Made by a program: the position numbers and the translations under genes
In this document: piece by piece, positions 29,091 to 41,982 of the stretch
Layout of the letters: each line of letters begins with the position of its first letter
Numbering within the stretch: the first letter of the stretch is position 1
The notes under the pieces: model-generated
The model's input: the letters and a program-made list of their open reading frames with translations, nothing else
Databases searched by the model: none
Told to the model about the DNA's origin: nothing
Assembly: GCF_001194135.2 (NCBI RefSeq)
Contig: NC_068998.1
Location: 40,820,127 to 40,884,126 of the forward strand
From: Octopus bimaculoides
Taxonomy: Eukaryota
Length of the DNA: 64,000 bases
Direction of reading: 5' to 3'

Positions 29091-29304
29091 TTAACACTTT
29101 AGCAGTCAGATTACTGTCAAATGAAATGCTTAACTTTTCACATTGCTTTGAATTAATCACGCATTATCTCATAGCTTTAAGATTTCAATGATGTGATTGT
29201 TTACCTTACATTGTAGGGTAAATGCAAGAGGCTGGATCTGGCCACTTTGAACATAAAACGGAAAATATTTAGGCCAGATAGGGCTGTTTAAATGCTAAAG
29301 GGTA
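29091..29304. mobile_element. Second TTAA-type MITE family
   Basis: TTAACACTTTAGCA...AATGCTAAAGGGTAT terminal inverted repeats around ~210 bp. Confidence 0.6.
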
Positions 29305-29907
29305 TACTTCATTTGTTTAAGACTTCTAACACTATACTATATACAATCCCTAGAACCCTATACCATATAATCCCTAAAACCCTATGTCTTGTAGTCACTA
29401 GAACCCTATACTAAGATCTCTACCATCCTTCACTACATCTAAGATTCTTTCAGCAAGTAGATTTAAGATCACCATAGCCTGTTAGTTTAGCATATTTTAC
29501 CATGTGAGTATGGGTTTGGATGGGAGTTATTTGAAGCAGAATTCCCTGTCAGCAACCCTTAACTGTTTTTTTCAAGCAAAAGATTCCTTTATTCTACAGG
29601 TCTTTGAAAAAGCAACCAGTCATAAGGAATGTCAACATCCCCACTGCCAATTTGATTAAGGTGACAAGTATGGAATACAAATGTTCATGCACCCCTCCCT
29701 CTGCCAACATATATTATACACAAGGTTAACCTGGGGTTAAAGAACAAGATCTAACACACAGGAGGCTAGCTACATGTCTCATAACTGAGTTTTAGATGTA
29801 AACATGCTCAAATAGTCATGTGATTTTCAATAGTTAAAGACAAAAATTAAGTTAATCCATCCATGAACCAGTAGGACAACAGCTTTAATGCTGGGTCACA
29901 GTAACAA

Positions 29908-30346
29908 TAACCCTTTTGATGCCAACCCACCTTTGTTTCTATGATACAATCTTTCTGTTTAAGATGATCTGAATTAAAACCTACCAAAATTTCACGTTAA
30001 TTTTATATTTTAATAATGGTTTCAAATTTTGGTACAAGGCCAGCAAGTTTGGGAGAAGGACTAAGCTGATTACATAGACCTTAATGCTCAGCTGGTACTT
30101 ACTTTACCGACCCCGAAAGGATGAAAGGCAAGATTGACCTTGGTGGGATTTGAACATAGAATGTAAAGACAGATGAAATGCTACTAAGCATTTTGCCTGG
30201 CGTGCTGACAACCCTGCCAGCTTGCTTCCTTGTTCTAAACACAAACTAAATAATGACAGTTATTTTACCAAATCTTTCACTATTTTCAAAATTATCTGAA
30301 GTAAAGGCAGTGTATTTCAATAGAAATATGGTAACAAAATGGTTAA
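29908..30346. mobile_element. piggyBac-like MITE interrupted by a SINE
   Basis: TAACCCTTTTGATGCC start and GGTAACAAAATGGTTAA end. A family-B SINE (minus strand) occupies ~30013-30232. Confidence 0.65.
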
Positions 30347-33090
30347 GTACAGGACAGAAATTTACAACAGAGCCAACTACAAAAGCTATACCATCACCAT
30401 CCCAAAAGATGAGGAGGTAAGCAAACAGATGACATGATTACAGATGAAACATCTTTGATAAGATATTTGCTCAAACTCAGATGATTGGCTAGAAACTGCA
30501 GCCAAACTTTCTGCAAATTACATCATATTGTCTGGAAAGAATAGTTTGAGATATACCATCTGGATAAAAGAAAAGAAAAGAAACTGCTCCCTGACTTAGG
30601 ACTAAACAATAACAACTCAAGTGGGGAAGATTATTTCCTGGACAAAAAAAAAATGTAACAAAACACTTAAAACTGATGTCTAGAACTGAAGTGTAAATGT
30701 GATGAAGATCTAATCTCTAATATTTCTACTGAATATTTGAGAACTCAACTCAACAAAGGAGTCTCTATATGGTTGTCCAACCCAACAGAAATAGCAGCCA
30801 ACTTACCTATAAAAGTGATGTTAAATAAGTACACATTAGGTAGTGAACTCCTATGAAGCCACTAAAAGATAAATTACCTTTTCACATGATACCAACCTAC
30901 CTGAGACTAATAATTCTACAACACAAAAGACACTAATTTGTTTGCTGCAAATAAGTTAAAATAAGAGAAAAATATCAAATAAATTGTTTTCTAATGTCAA
31001 AATACACACACACAAACCAACTGACACTTAAAATGCAAAAACCTTCATAGAAATTCAACAGATAAATTTCATAAAGAACCAAGATGAATATTACAGCGCA
31101 AATATATTTTTTATTAAACATGAAAATTGTGGCGGAAAAACTAAATTTCAAACCTAACAGTTATCTGGTGACAACTGAAAGTACATATTGCTGGTGTGAA
31201 GCAGTGTCCCAGAGAGCAAAGGTAAGAGTTATTATGACCTACTTTTAAATAGCTTAGCTGGAGCTGATTCACATAATTTCATGTCTTGTAAAGAAGTTGG
31301 AGAGAAGTATAAGCATCTAAAATCCTCAGAGAAATGACATTGTTCACAAATAACCAAGCAGAAAGTAGAAACATAGATATCATTATTTTTGAGATATCAA
31401 CAAAGATTTGAGGAGACAGCTGAATAAAGCAATTCTCTATTTCTGAGATGAGGAAGTTTTATATTATGTATCAGTCAGAATGGTGTCGTCTTGATACTGC
31501 CTATAGGCACAACGTAGTGGATAAAGGTGCTAGTTAATGCAGTGCAATCACTTAGAGCTTCTGAGTTCAATCCCAGTGCATGGCACTAAGGTGAATCACA
31601 AAAGTAGTAGGCTGGAGTGTACACAACCAAAATGTAGTGAAAGCAACAACCACGATGAGGACACCACTTGAACTAATACATAATAAGTGAAAAATGACAG
31701 GATCAAATACATTATGGTATTCAGTTCCATAATAAAATTTGGTGTAGAGTCAGCTTTGGTGTGTAATATCACTTGGAGGCTCATTTGTCTCATCCCTCCA
31801 GAGACATTAATATAAATTCTAGCTGTTGTTCTTTAAGCAAGTCATCCTTGATCATGCAAGTCTATGATCTAAGGCATCCTATTTGTAACCATCCAGTCTT
31901 TCTTTCAAATGTAACATATCCAGGACTATACCATACAATGCATTTTTCTCCTTGGCGTGAATTATGAAGATAATTTGGCTGCTATTCCAGTTGTTAAGTG
32001 ACCATGTAGAGCTTCCCATCTATATACTATGTCTGATACAATTAACTGCAAAATCTATTAAGAAATTATTATCATGATTATTTCTAGGAGCCAGCTGAAT
32101 TGCTTTCTCTTTCCAGTAACTACCATTTAAAATACTGCATTTATTCATGTATAATGCAAGAAATTTGAAACAAAAATGAAGTGGGATTAAGCATTATACC
32201 TGAATGTATGTGTGTGTATCAGAAAATAGCATATAATACTGATTTTTAGGCATAAATAGTGAAGGAAGCAGAGGCACATTATATTATACTTTAGTAAAAA
32301 ATCTAGTAAATAATATAATTTTAAGATGTTGTGTGTCTCTAGCTCCAGAAATTTGTATAATAACAAGTTGCTATTACTATTACTAAGCAAATAGTATCTG
32401 TACTTATGGTAGCAACCAGAGAATGTCTAGTTTCAAACCTAAAAACTGTTCACCACTTAGATAAATGCCAGTAACATCTAAGATAGACACAGTAAACATG
32501 TCAGACAACAGAACAATTGAATTACTCCCCTTCATCCCCAGTAGTTAGCAATATCCTATTGTTAATAGGCAACGAAGAGGTTGTTGAGTCACACAATTGG
32601 AATTGACAACAGCATCAATATTAATAGAATAAGGAACTTTATTGTCTTGGACTAATTAATATATTAGGTTCTAATAAAACACCAAGAAATTAAATATTAG
32701 AATGCATCAAGAAGTAATAGGAATGGTTTGGAGATGTGATAAGCACAATAAAGAGATGCTATGAGCTCAAGGCAGTAGCAGTAGATAAGAGACAAGAGGT
32801 AAATATGACTAACAGTGTTAGTCTTTGGCTAACAATAACTAAGAACAGTGTGGTTGGTTAGTGAAGAGGTGGAGTTACAGATGACTCTCAAAACTAGGAT
32901 TCTGAAAAGATATATGAATTAGGCAAACAGTAACATATAACAAGAGATATACAGATCACTTGATACTAGATTGTAAAGAAAGAAAACATCAGTTGCTTAG
33001 TCCCGGACCACTCCCATGATTAACGTGACTACCATATCTTTTTAGGAGAATGTTGACTACATTACACTATCTGTTGTGTGCTTTCCTTAT

Positions 33091-33317
33091 TTAACCCTTT
33101 CGTTACCAAGCCGGCTTAAACTGGCTCTGGCTCTGAGTACAAATATCTTGTTTTCATAAGTTTTGAATTAAAATCTTCCACCAAACCTTAGTCATAATTT
33201 ATGTTCCTAACACTAGCTGAATGATAACTAAGTTATTTTACTAAATTCTTTGTTATATTTAAAATTAATTGAAAGAAACAGAGCATCTCAACAGAAATAT
33301 GGTAACAAAATGGTTAA
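33091..33317. mobile_element. piggyBac-like MITE (TTAA-flanked)
   Basis: TTAA-CCCTTTCGTTACC...GGTAACAAAATGG-TTAA; ~225 bp, no coding capacity. Confidence 0.75.
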
Positions 33318-35632
33318 CCCTCTAGTTACCACAGTTCTGTTGAAATAGCTTAAAAAGAACAACAACAACAACTCATTATCAAACTGGTGCTTGCAACACA
33401 AATTAACATGAAGTTTTGATGGAAAATTTTAATGTAAATCACTTTTAAACAGGAGGGTTGTACTGTAGCTCCAAGGGTGGTCTCAGATAGGCTAAGAGAG
33501 AAAGGTGTGCGGTGACAATGTCGAAACTCACCCATCATCAGATTTATGACCAAATATCTTCCAGTAGATGCCGAAAGAGTTCACATCCTTCATAAAGCTT
33601 GACACCATCAATTATTGTTATAAACAAATAACCAAAAATGTTTTTCTTTTACTTTTATTTATTAAGTCTGATAGATTAAGTGAATGACAAAGGACAAATT
33701 CCACAAGATTTAATATATAAAAAAAGTATGTATGTGCCATTGATGATTTCCTACTTTTACTAACAACACCTGAGAGATATATTTATTCATCGTAATATTA
33801 CAGTAATTGTCACAGTGAAATTTATGTAAAACACACTAAAATCCAATATATTCTGTTGAGTTTTTCCTTTGATTAAACTGGCCAATATTAATATAAAACA
33901 AAAATTTACTTTTGCTTCTCTCTTTTTTAATACTTATATTCAAGATTCAATTAGATTACATCTGGAAGAAAATTGAAAAAAGCATCTCCATGAATATCTA
34001 GCCAGTGTTTTTCATTTTTTCTTTTCTAAAGAAATAGTTATTGTGTGTCATTTATACTCAGATGAGCAAATTAATTAAAAAAAAAAATTCCATAGAAAAT
34101 TGCTTGTGTTACACACATATTGCTTCAGACAGCAAAATAGAGGAGATAAATTATCAAGTCACCATCTCATGGGTTACAAGTTCATATCTACTTCAAAGTG
34201 GTTCAGCTTTCAGGGCAAGAGCATTTAAATGCAAATTATGAAAGCCAGAATTATTAAACATTAGCTCTTTACAGATTGTATATAAATGGTTCACATTCAA
34301 CATGCGCAATGTGTAAAATGGTTCTGCTGCAAATTGAGGTATTTGCATGCATACTGATTAGGGGTGCAGATGTAATTATAGGCAGGGGCATAACTATAAG
34401 GTTAAGAAGCTTGCTTCCCATCCATGTGGTCTCAGGTTCAGTCTCACTGTGCAGTGCCTCAGACAAGTGTCTTCTATTATAGGCCCAAAACCTTGCGAAT
34501 GAATTTGGCAGATGTCCATAATGTGTATACTACCCTTGTCTTGATATTGTCATGACTGAAATGAGCATCAGCATCATATAGAAATGATGCTGTCCATTTC
34601 TAGTCCTCCAATGAAAAACTTATTTGGCTATGGGAAAATATTACCTTGTTTGGAAACAGGAGAGAGTTGGTGACAGGAAGGGCACCCAGTTGCAGAAACT
34701 CTGCCTTAGATGAATTCTGTTGGACTCATGCAAACATGGAAAAGTGGAAGTTACAATTACTACTGCTACTAATTTATAGAGCAAAATGATAGAATGAAAC
34801 AAAAAAAAAGTGACTGTTTAAAGAGGAAGACAAAAAAAGGCAAGAAAATCTAGCCATCTGCCTCTCACCTGTTCTTACCCCACCAGCACAGAAATAATAG
34901 GACTAAATACTTATAGAGCCTATAAGCTTCAAACTCTGATGACACAGATTCTGATTAGAAAAGACTAACAGGCAAAGATACAATATTTATGTGAACACTT
35001 ATGAATATTATTAGAGTAATCCGGATTATAAAGGTACAAGTTATTAGAGATAAATACAAATCATATCATAAAGTAATAATACATGATTACACACACACAT
35101 ACATACATACACACACACAAAGGAGTTTATAAAAGTAGACATTTTTGAACCATTTTCACAAACATTTGTAATAAACAGTCAGGTTGAAGAAAATCTAAAT
35201 TACTTTAAAATATTATCCTCAGAAGCAAATACAATTAATTAACTAGGTTTAATTCATGTCCCTTTTTGTCAAAAAAAAAAAAAAAAGTAAAGCTAGGCCA
35301 TTTGATAAAATACATACCAAAGTAAATTAAGTAAAGGGGTTACAATGAATGAAATCTGAAAGAATAATAAAATGAAGTCACCTTGAGGGGGTGCTTTGTG
35401 TTTCTGAACAAGTACTTCTCTATTTTTGAGGAAAACTCATCATCATGTATCATCTTAACATTTACAGAAACCAGAAGCATCTACTGGCTCCATGAACCAT
35501 TATTGGGCACCCAAAAGCCTTAAAAGGTATTGAAATCTTGTGTCATGAAAAGTACTTCATGTGGTTCTTTGCAGATGTATTTTTTAGAATGGCCTTCTTT
35601 ATTACGGATTCTAGAAATGAAGCTAGGAATCT

Positions 35633-35880
35633 ACTTTTATCTTTTACTCGCTTCAGTCATTGAACTATAGTCATGCTAGAACACTACTTTGAAGAATTTA
35701 ATCAAAGAAATTGACAACGACGTTGGTGTGTTTACATCCCTGTAATGTAGTGGTGTGGCTAAACAGACTGACTGATTAAGTTCTATGCTTACAAAAAATA
35801 AGTCCTGGGGTTGATTTGTTTGACTAAAGGCGGTGCTCCAGCATGACTGCAGTCAAATGACTGAAACAAGTAAAAGAATA
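35633..35880. mobile_element. Palindromic MITE-like element whose right arm equals the SINE-A tail
   Basis: CTTTTACTCGCTTCAGTCATTGAACTATAGTCATGCTAGAACAC (from 35641) is an inverted copy of GGTGCTCCAGCATGACTGCAGTCAAATGACTGAAACAAGTAAAAG (~35832-35876). Confidence 0.6.
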
Positions 35881-35888
35881 TAATGTGC

Positions 35889-35892
<4 letters not shown>

Positions 35893-35953
<61 letters not shown>
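35893..35953. repeat. Compound (GT)n(AT)n microsatellite
   Basis: Direct reading. Similar simple repeats: 5201-5224 (GT), 12886-12912 (TA), 37234-37277 (GA), 47219-47372 (TA/CA), 49783-49818 (TA), 57744-57778 (GAT), 58187-58229 (TA/TATG), 60537-60587 (TA). Confidence 0.95.
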
Positions 35954-35955
<2 letters not shown>

Positions 35956-35958
<3 letters not shown>

Positions 35959-36060
35959 TTGGAGCCTGGTGTAGCCATCCGGTTGCACCAGTCCTCAGTC
36001 AAATCGTCCAACCCATGCTAGCATGGAAAGCGGACGTTAAACGATGATGATGATGATGAT
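35956..36060 (+). mobile_element. Retroposon 3' end with (GAT)n tail (same family as 62258-62730, 7020-7160 and 27855-28010)
   Basis: CAGTCCTCAGTCAAATCGTCCAACCCATGCTAGCATGGAAAGCGGACGTTAAACGATGATGATG is the reverse complement of 62270-62330. Confidence 0.75.
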
Positions 36061-37232
36061 ATATATACAAACACATACATATACATGTCACAAAAGCCTC
36101 AGATTTATAAAGCCAGCAGAGAGCGAAGTGAAAGTTGTTTACAGTTTTGACTTTTACATTAGACACAAGACAGCAATACCAACAGAATATAAAATTATAT
36201 ACTTTGAAGCACAAATGATGATTAAAACCATGACTGATCAAAATTCATATCAGTGGTACTATCAAGGAGGAATTAAAACAACTAATTAACTTGATTTGCT
36301 TCTGTAATCCATCTGCATAAACACTACATAAAAAGTGGTATGAAGCAACTCAACTAAAAATCTGTAAAAACAACACTATTTATAGAACTTTAGGCTGTAC
36401 TGTGAGATTTTATATTACTGGAATTCAAATATCCATACATGATAAAATATTATTTCTGTGTAGGGTTTGAACAGTACTGGTCAACTCTATAACTCATCCT
36501 ACTATAATCTCAACAGAACCCATGCCTATAAGAAGACCCAACAACAACCAAATATGCCCATGATAGAACTGGTCAAATCTAACTTCTCCTACAACAGCCA
36601 GTATGCTCACAGAGACAAACAGCACCATTCAGTAAACAAGGTTTAGTTACTGCTATTGTGTAGAACCTGATCAGCCCTCAACAGACTGTTGTGTCACAGG
36701 CGTTCTAGATTCTTTCAGACATAATCTAATACCGTTATTCTTCCATTTTAATATAGTAAGGATGTGATTTAAGGGAGACTAGGTGGTTATTTGCAGTAGG
36801 TCAGGTGCCCTCCCCACTGCTACCATCACATTGAGAATCACTAGTTAATTTGTCATTATCATAAATACAATAAGTAGTGAATTAACATAGTGCTGGATTA
36901 GGTGCCTACATACTATTTAGTTGCATTCCTTTTTATCCCTATCAAGTTTATAAGCTAAACACCGGTCATGTAGTTGTGCCAGTTAGAAATTATTACCATT
37001 GTTGCCATTTTAAGGATGATAATAAAGCAAGTTCTGACATCCACACCTTCCTGAGGGAATTAGTATTACAAGCAAAGAAGTTTTGGGGATCTGGTTAAAA
37101 ATACTTTAAAAGATTAGTAAACATGACCCAAGGTAACTGCTTTCTCCTATCTCTAAAAAAAGGTAGTTTAAGAAGTATGACACAAGTCTGGAGGAAATGT
37201 GCAACAAGATCTTACAACAAAGACTGTGTATG

Positions 37233-37281
<49 letters not shown>

Positions 37282-39638
37282 TAATGGATTATGTGTCTGT
37301 GTGCATGTGCAAATGGACTGTAAACTAGACACAAACAATGACAACATATGGGCTCTTGAAGCTACTAACAACAAAATTGTTGGAATTAAATATTTCAATG
37401 TCATTAAATTGGGGCCTAGTAAATAAGGGTGTCAGTGTTGTTAGTTAACTCCATATGAACCTTGATTGAGCAGACCTACGAACAAAGCAATCCAACTAAG
37501 ACCATCTCAGTGATTTTTTTTTCAATTGTATGTACTCCAGGTTACATTATCTAAAATGTCCTTCATTTAGTATGGTAGTATGCAGCCCGAGTGAGATTTG
37601 GTTGCTTTTTCTAGCAGACTGAGATGCATGAAGGCCATTGTGGATAGATATTCTATACAGGCATTGAAATAACACACGCACACACACAAATATGATTATG
37701 ATAATCATGAAGTAGGACTAAAAATATTTATGTTGTTAATAAGATGATCTGAGAAAAATGTGTAATGTTACTTTCAGTCCCATCTGAGTCACTTTGGGCC
37801 AGTATCTTCTACAGTAACCACCAGCTGACCAATGCCTTGTGAGAGGATTTGGTAGGTGAAAACTGCACAGAAGCCCACTGTGTGACTGTGTATTGTTTTG
37901 CCCCACCGTTTGACAAAGAGACTGACAGAATAAGTACCAAGGTTGATTTGTTTGACTGAACCCTTTCAAGGTGGTGCTCCAGCATGGAGAGGGGTAAGTC
38001 AATCACATCGACCTCAGTACTTGACTGGTACTTGATTTATTGACCCTGAAAGAATGAAAAGTAAAGTCGACCTTGGCGGAATTTGAACTCAGAACTTAAA
38101 GACAGACAAAATGCCACTAAGCATTTTGCTCAGCTTACTAACGATTCTGCCAGCTCGTCACCTTTTTAATAATAATAGCTGTAGCTTTGTTGTATTTGAT
38201 CCTGTAAATCAAATGGATAATAGTTTTAGTGTCAAAGGTGATATAATAGAAGTGTAAATATGAGGGTCAGGTTAAATAAGGAGAGAAGAAACAACAGCCA
38301 CTCTCTCAAACAATAAACACAACTACACCTTCATGACAAGTCTGTGTGCAGATGCATATTTATTTTCAGCTGTGTGTGTGAATGCCTTTCTCGGTTGCAA
38401 TTTGTTTGGATTTTTAACACCTAAAATAGGGTCAGGACTCATAAAAAGAAAACTATATGGCTTTTCTGATGCTCTAACAGCCAATCCTATCGTTTCTTCA
38501 TTTGACAAGTGGATGATTAATTCTCTGAACAAAACAGTTCATAATGCAAACCCCACAGCCTGGCCTAGTGTGAGAAACCATTTCGCACCAACATAATAAA
38601 TAATTGAACAAAGTAAATAAAAACAAAAATGTTAGATGGTAGAATACATATTTTTTTACATTAAGTAAATAGAGAAAGTGAATAATTTAATTTAATCTAG
38701 TGTTCAAATACTGTCTAGGTCAAGCTTGCTTTTCAAGCTCAACATAATTTGATCTATAAGTGGAGGCATGGCAGCATGTTTAAGAAGCTTGCTTTGCAAC
38801 CATGTGGTTTCAGGTTCAATCCTACTGTGCAGGACCTTGGGCAAGTGCCTTCCACTATATACCTAACTCAATTAATGCTTTGTGAGTGAATTTGGTACAC
38901 AAAAACTGTGGAAGTGTGTTTGTGTTTGTGTACCTGCATACTTTTTGTTTGTGTTGACCTCACCACCATTAGCAGTTCCACAAAAGAAACGGATAGAGTA
39001 TGTATCAGACGCAAAAAAACACAAAGAGGACTTGGATTGATTTGTTCAACTAAACCATGAAGGTGGTGCCTTTTTCAGTAAAGGCCTTAAAGTGTCTGTC
39101 AGTGGCAAACTATTCAAGAAAACCATGAGAATGTTCAGCATCACCCTTTCTCTCTCCACATGGAGTGCCAATGTCATAAAAACTGTATATTCCACAAAAG
39201 GAATATTATTAAATTAAAATTGCTACCAACGGAAATATTACTTTAACTATCACATGCCATGCCTCTCACAGCTGTTGGGTTATATGTGTGTGTGTGTAAA
39301 TGTGTCTCTCTCTATATAATCTAAGTGTGATAAAATATATCAATAATATATTTTACATAGTGCAAACATTAGCTGGTATAGAACTAAATTCACTGGGTCA
39401 TATACTCGTGTGTGTGTGTTTACACCAAGGTGAGATAGGAGCAATCATTGATTACATGAGCAGGTGTCTCTGTGCATATAAAATATATTGAGTATATTCT
39501 ATTTGAGGAAGTAAAAACCGAATATTTCTTTTTCTCATGTTAATTTCTATACAAAAACAAAACCTAGGAACAAATCAGTTCAATAAAAGCTCTTAATATA
39601 TTCCAGTTATGGCCATCCTGTTCATCTCTTGGATCCCT

Positions 39639-39814
39639 TTAACCTTTTTGATACCAACTCGCTCAAGACTGACCATGCTTCCATGATACAAATTTCCTGT
39701 TTAAAAGCAATCTAAATTATAATCTTCCATCAAAATCCCATAGTTTAATAGTGATAGAGTTATTTTACTAACGGCAGTGTATTTCAAGAGAAATAAGGTA
39801 ACAAAAGGATTTAA
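39639..39814. mobile_element. piggyBac-like MITE (same family)
   Basis: TTAA-CCTTTTTGATACC...GGTAACAAAAGGAT-TTAA. Confidence 0.65.
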
Positions 39815-40757
39815 GAGGAGAGGGTATGCGAGATCTGGTTATCCTATGCTTGTGAGTTGAAATCGAATGCAACCAGCTTCTCTACTTTTCAGACAGTCAA
39901 AATCAGTGAAATACATTCCTTCTCATAACATAACCAATTCAATTCACAAATACACCCACCACATACTCAAGTGCCTTGTACTGTAAATAAAGACTTCCTG
40001 TGAAATTAAATTGAGGTATTGATAGATCTAAATGCACTCAAAACACACACATTGAGCCACCAAGAGAATCTGTTATGGCTAGACTGGACAATGTATTACT
40101 TAGTGTACATACACAAACAAAATAAATAAAATAGACAGGATGGCCACGAATGAAATACCATTGATCACATGCCTGCCAACTCGATCAACACTTACCTGGG
40201 GCTAAACAATAATTTTATAAGGCAAGGCTGTGTGGTAAGAGGTTCGCTTCCCAACCACATAATTCTGGGTCCAGTCCCATTGTGTGGAACCTTGGGAAAG
40301 TGTTTTCTACTATAGCTCCAGGCTGAGCAAAGGCTTTGTAGTTTTTTGAGTGGGTTTAGTAGATGGAAACTGTGTTTGTCCCTCATCACTTAACAACCAG
40401 TGTTAGTTTATGCCCCCGCAACTTAGTGGCTTGACAATACAGGACTTAGAAAATAACGTCCTAACAACATGGTTCTGGGTTCAGTTTCAATGCGTGGCAC
40501 CTTGGGCAATGCTACAGCCTCCAGCTGACCAGTCGATTTAGTACACAGAAGTTGAAAGAAGCCCGACGTATACATATATATAACAGGTACATGTATGCAT
40601 GTATTTATGTATTGTGTGTCTTTGGGTCTGTGTTTGTCCCCTACCACCAATGACAACCAGTGTTGACGTATTTACACCCCCAGAACAGCGGTTCGTCAAA
40701 GAGACTGATAGAATAAGTGCTACACTTAAAAAGAAGTACTGGAGTTGATTTGACATA

Positions 40758-41982
40758 TCAGGCTGAGTAAAAAGTAAACCACGTTTTGAAATATGAAATT
40801 CATCACAATGTATTTCAACGTTGTGGAAATTTTATTCATCAAAATAAGTACCATTACAATCAACACATATTTGCCAACAAGTTACAAGTTTGTTTATTCC
40901 AGTAACATAAAAATCTGGAGTTCTGGAGCTGATGAACTCTTTGAACACACTTTCAGCATCAGCTTGATTTTTGAACTCCTTCTCTTGCAGGAAATCATCA
41001 AGGTGCTTGAAAAAGTGGTAGTCGGTAGGAGAAAGATCTGGGGAATAAGCTGGGTGGGGAAGAACTTTGTAGCCAAGCTCCTTCAACCTCTGGAGTGTCA
41101 TTAGTGAAATATGTGGTTGAGCATTGTCATGAAGAATGATTGGCCCTCTTCTGGGACAGAGGAATAGCAGTTTTTTGTTCATTTTGGTAATTTCATGGCA
41201 ATATGTTTCTTCAGTAATGGTTATTAGTGGATGAGTCCTGCAGTTCACCATCAAACAGTCACCATAACCTTCTTTTTGAAGACCTTGGGTTTAGGGAAGG
41301 TTTTCCATGCTTCATTTTGGTTCAACCACTGCGAGGAACGTTTTTAATTATTGTACAGAATCTACTTTTCATCACAAGTCACAATACGGTCGAGAAATGG
41401 ATCGCTATGGTTACAGTGAAAAAGTGAGGAGCAAATTTCAGATCTGCTCATTTTCTGATTTTCATTCAAATCATGTGGTACCCAGTTGTCGTACTTTTTT
41501 GATTTTCTGATTGTATGCAAGTGGTTACAAGGCAGTTTTCTAGCTAACTTGGAGTTCTTTTGCCAGTGCTCGAGTGGTTTCATGTGGATCTTTCTCAATG
41601 ACAGGTGAGCGTCCACTATGCTTATGATCTTCAAGGCTAAGGTCTCCACTTCAAAATCGTTTAAACCATTTTTGAGCTGATCACTCACTGGTCATTTCTT
41701 CACCAAACATTTCGGTGATATCGTGAGCAGCTTTACGTCCTTTTTTGAAGTTGAAGAGCAAAATTGCAAGAATATTGCGCTTTCACAGTTTCATTTCAGA
41801 AGATTGTAACAATGGTGAAAAAAATTTCAACGTTAATTTATTGATGCATTTGAACACGTCTATGTCTGTATTATCAGACAATAATTGGAAAAGAATGTTT
41901 TTAAAAAAAATCAAAACTCTGCAAAGATCCGATACAAATTCTTCATGGTTCAAAACGCTGCTTAATTTTTATTCAACCTGAT
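40758..41982 (-). mobile_element. Full-length mariner DNA transposon (DD34D, cecropia/Hsmar1-like), non-autonomous
   Basis: Imperfect TIRs: left TCAGGCTGAGTAAAAAGTAAACCACGTTTTGAA from 40758; right end reverse-complemented TCAGGTTGAATAAAAAATTAAGCAGCGTTTTGAA ending at 41982. TA dinucleotides flank both ends (40756-57, 41983-84). Length is ~1.22 kb and a transposase remnant lies inside. Confidence 0.93.
40832..41800 (-). pseudogene. Mariner transposase pseudogene
   Basis: ORFs 41362-41688 and 40832-41254 encode WVPHDL, FLDRIVTCDEK*, HDNAQPH and YSPDLSPTDYHFFKHL, with 34 residues between the second and third catalytic Asp. The Trp after TCDEK is a TAG stop. The N-terminal HTH region (FKKGRKAA...AQKWFKRF...LSLED...SGR) is frameshifted and contains stops. 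Confidence 0.92.

Noticed and set aside
33532-33608. Minus ORF MVSSFMKDVNSFGIYWKIFGHKSDD ending at a GG|GTGAGT donor
   Set aside because: Good donor but no convincing acceptor or homology. Kept only as a possible leader-exon donor.
38323-38596. Overlapping 69-aa (minus) and 87-aa (plus) ORFs with a plausible minus-strand acceptor
   Set aside because: No recognisable homology and a weak donor (GTGTAG). This is within chance expectation.
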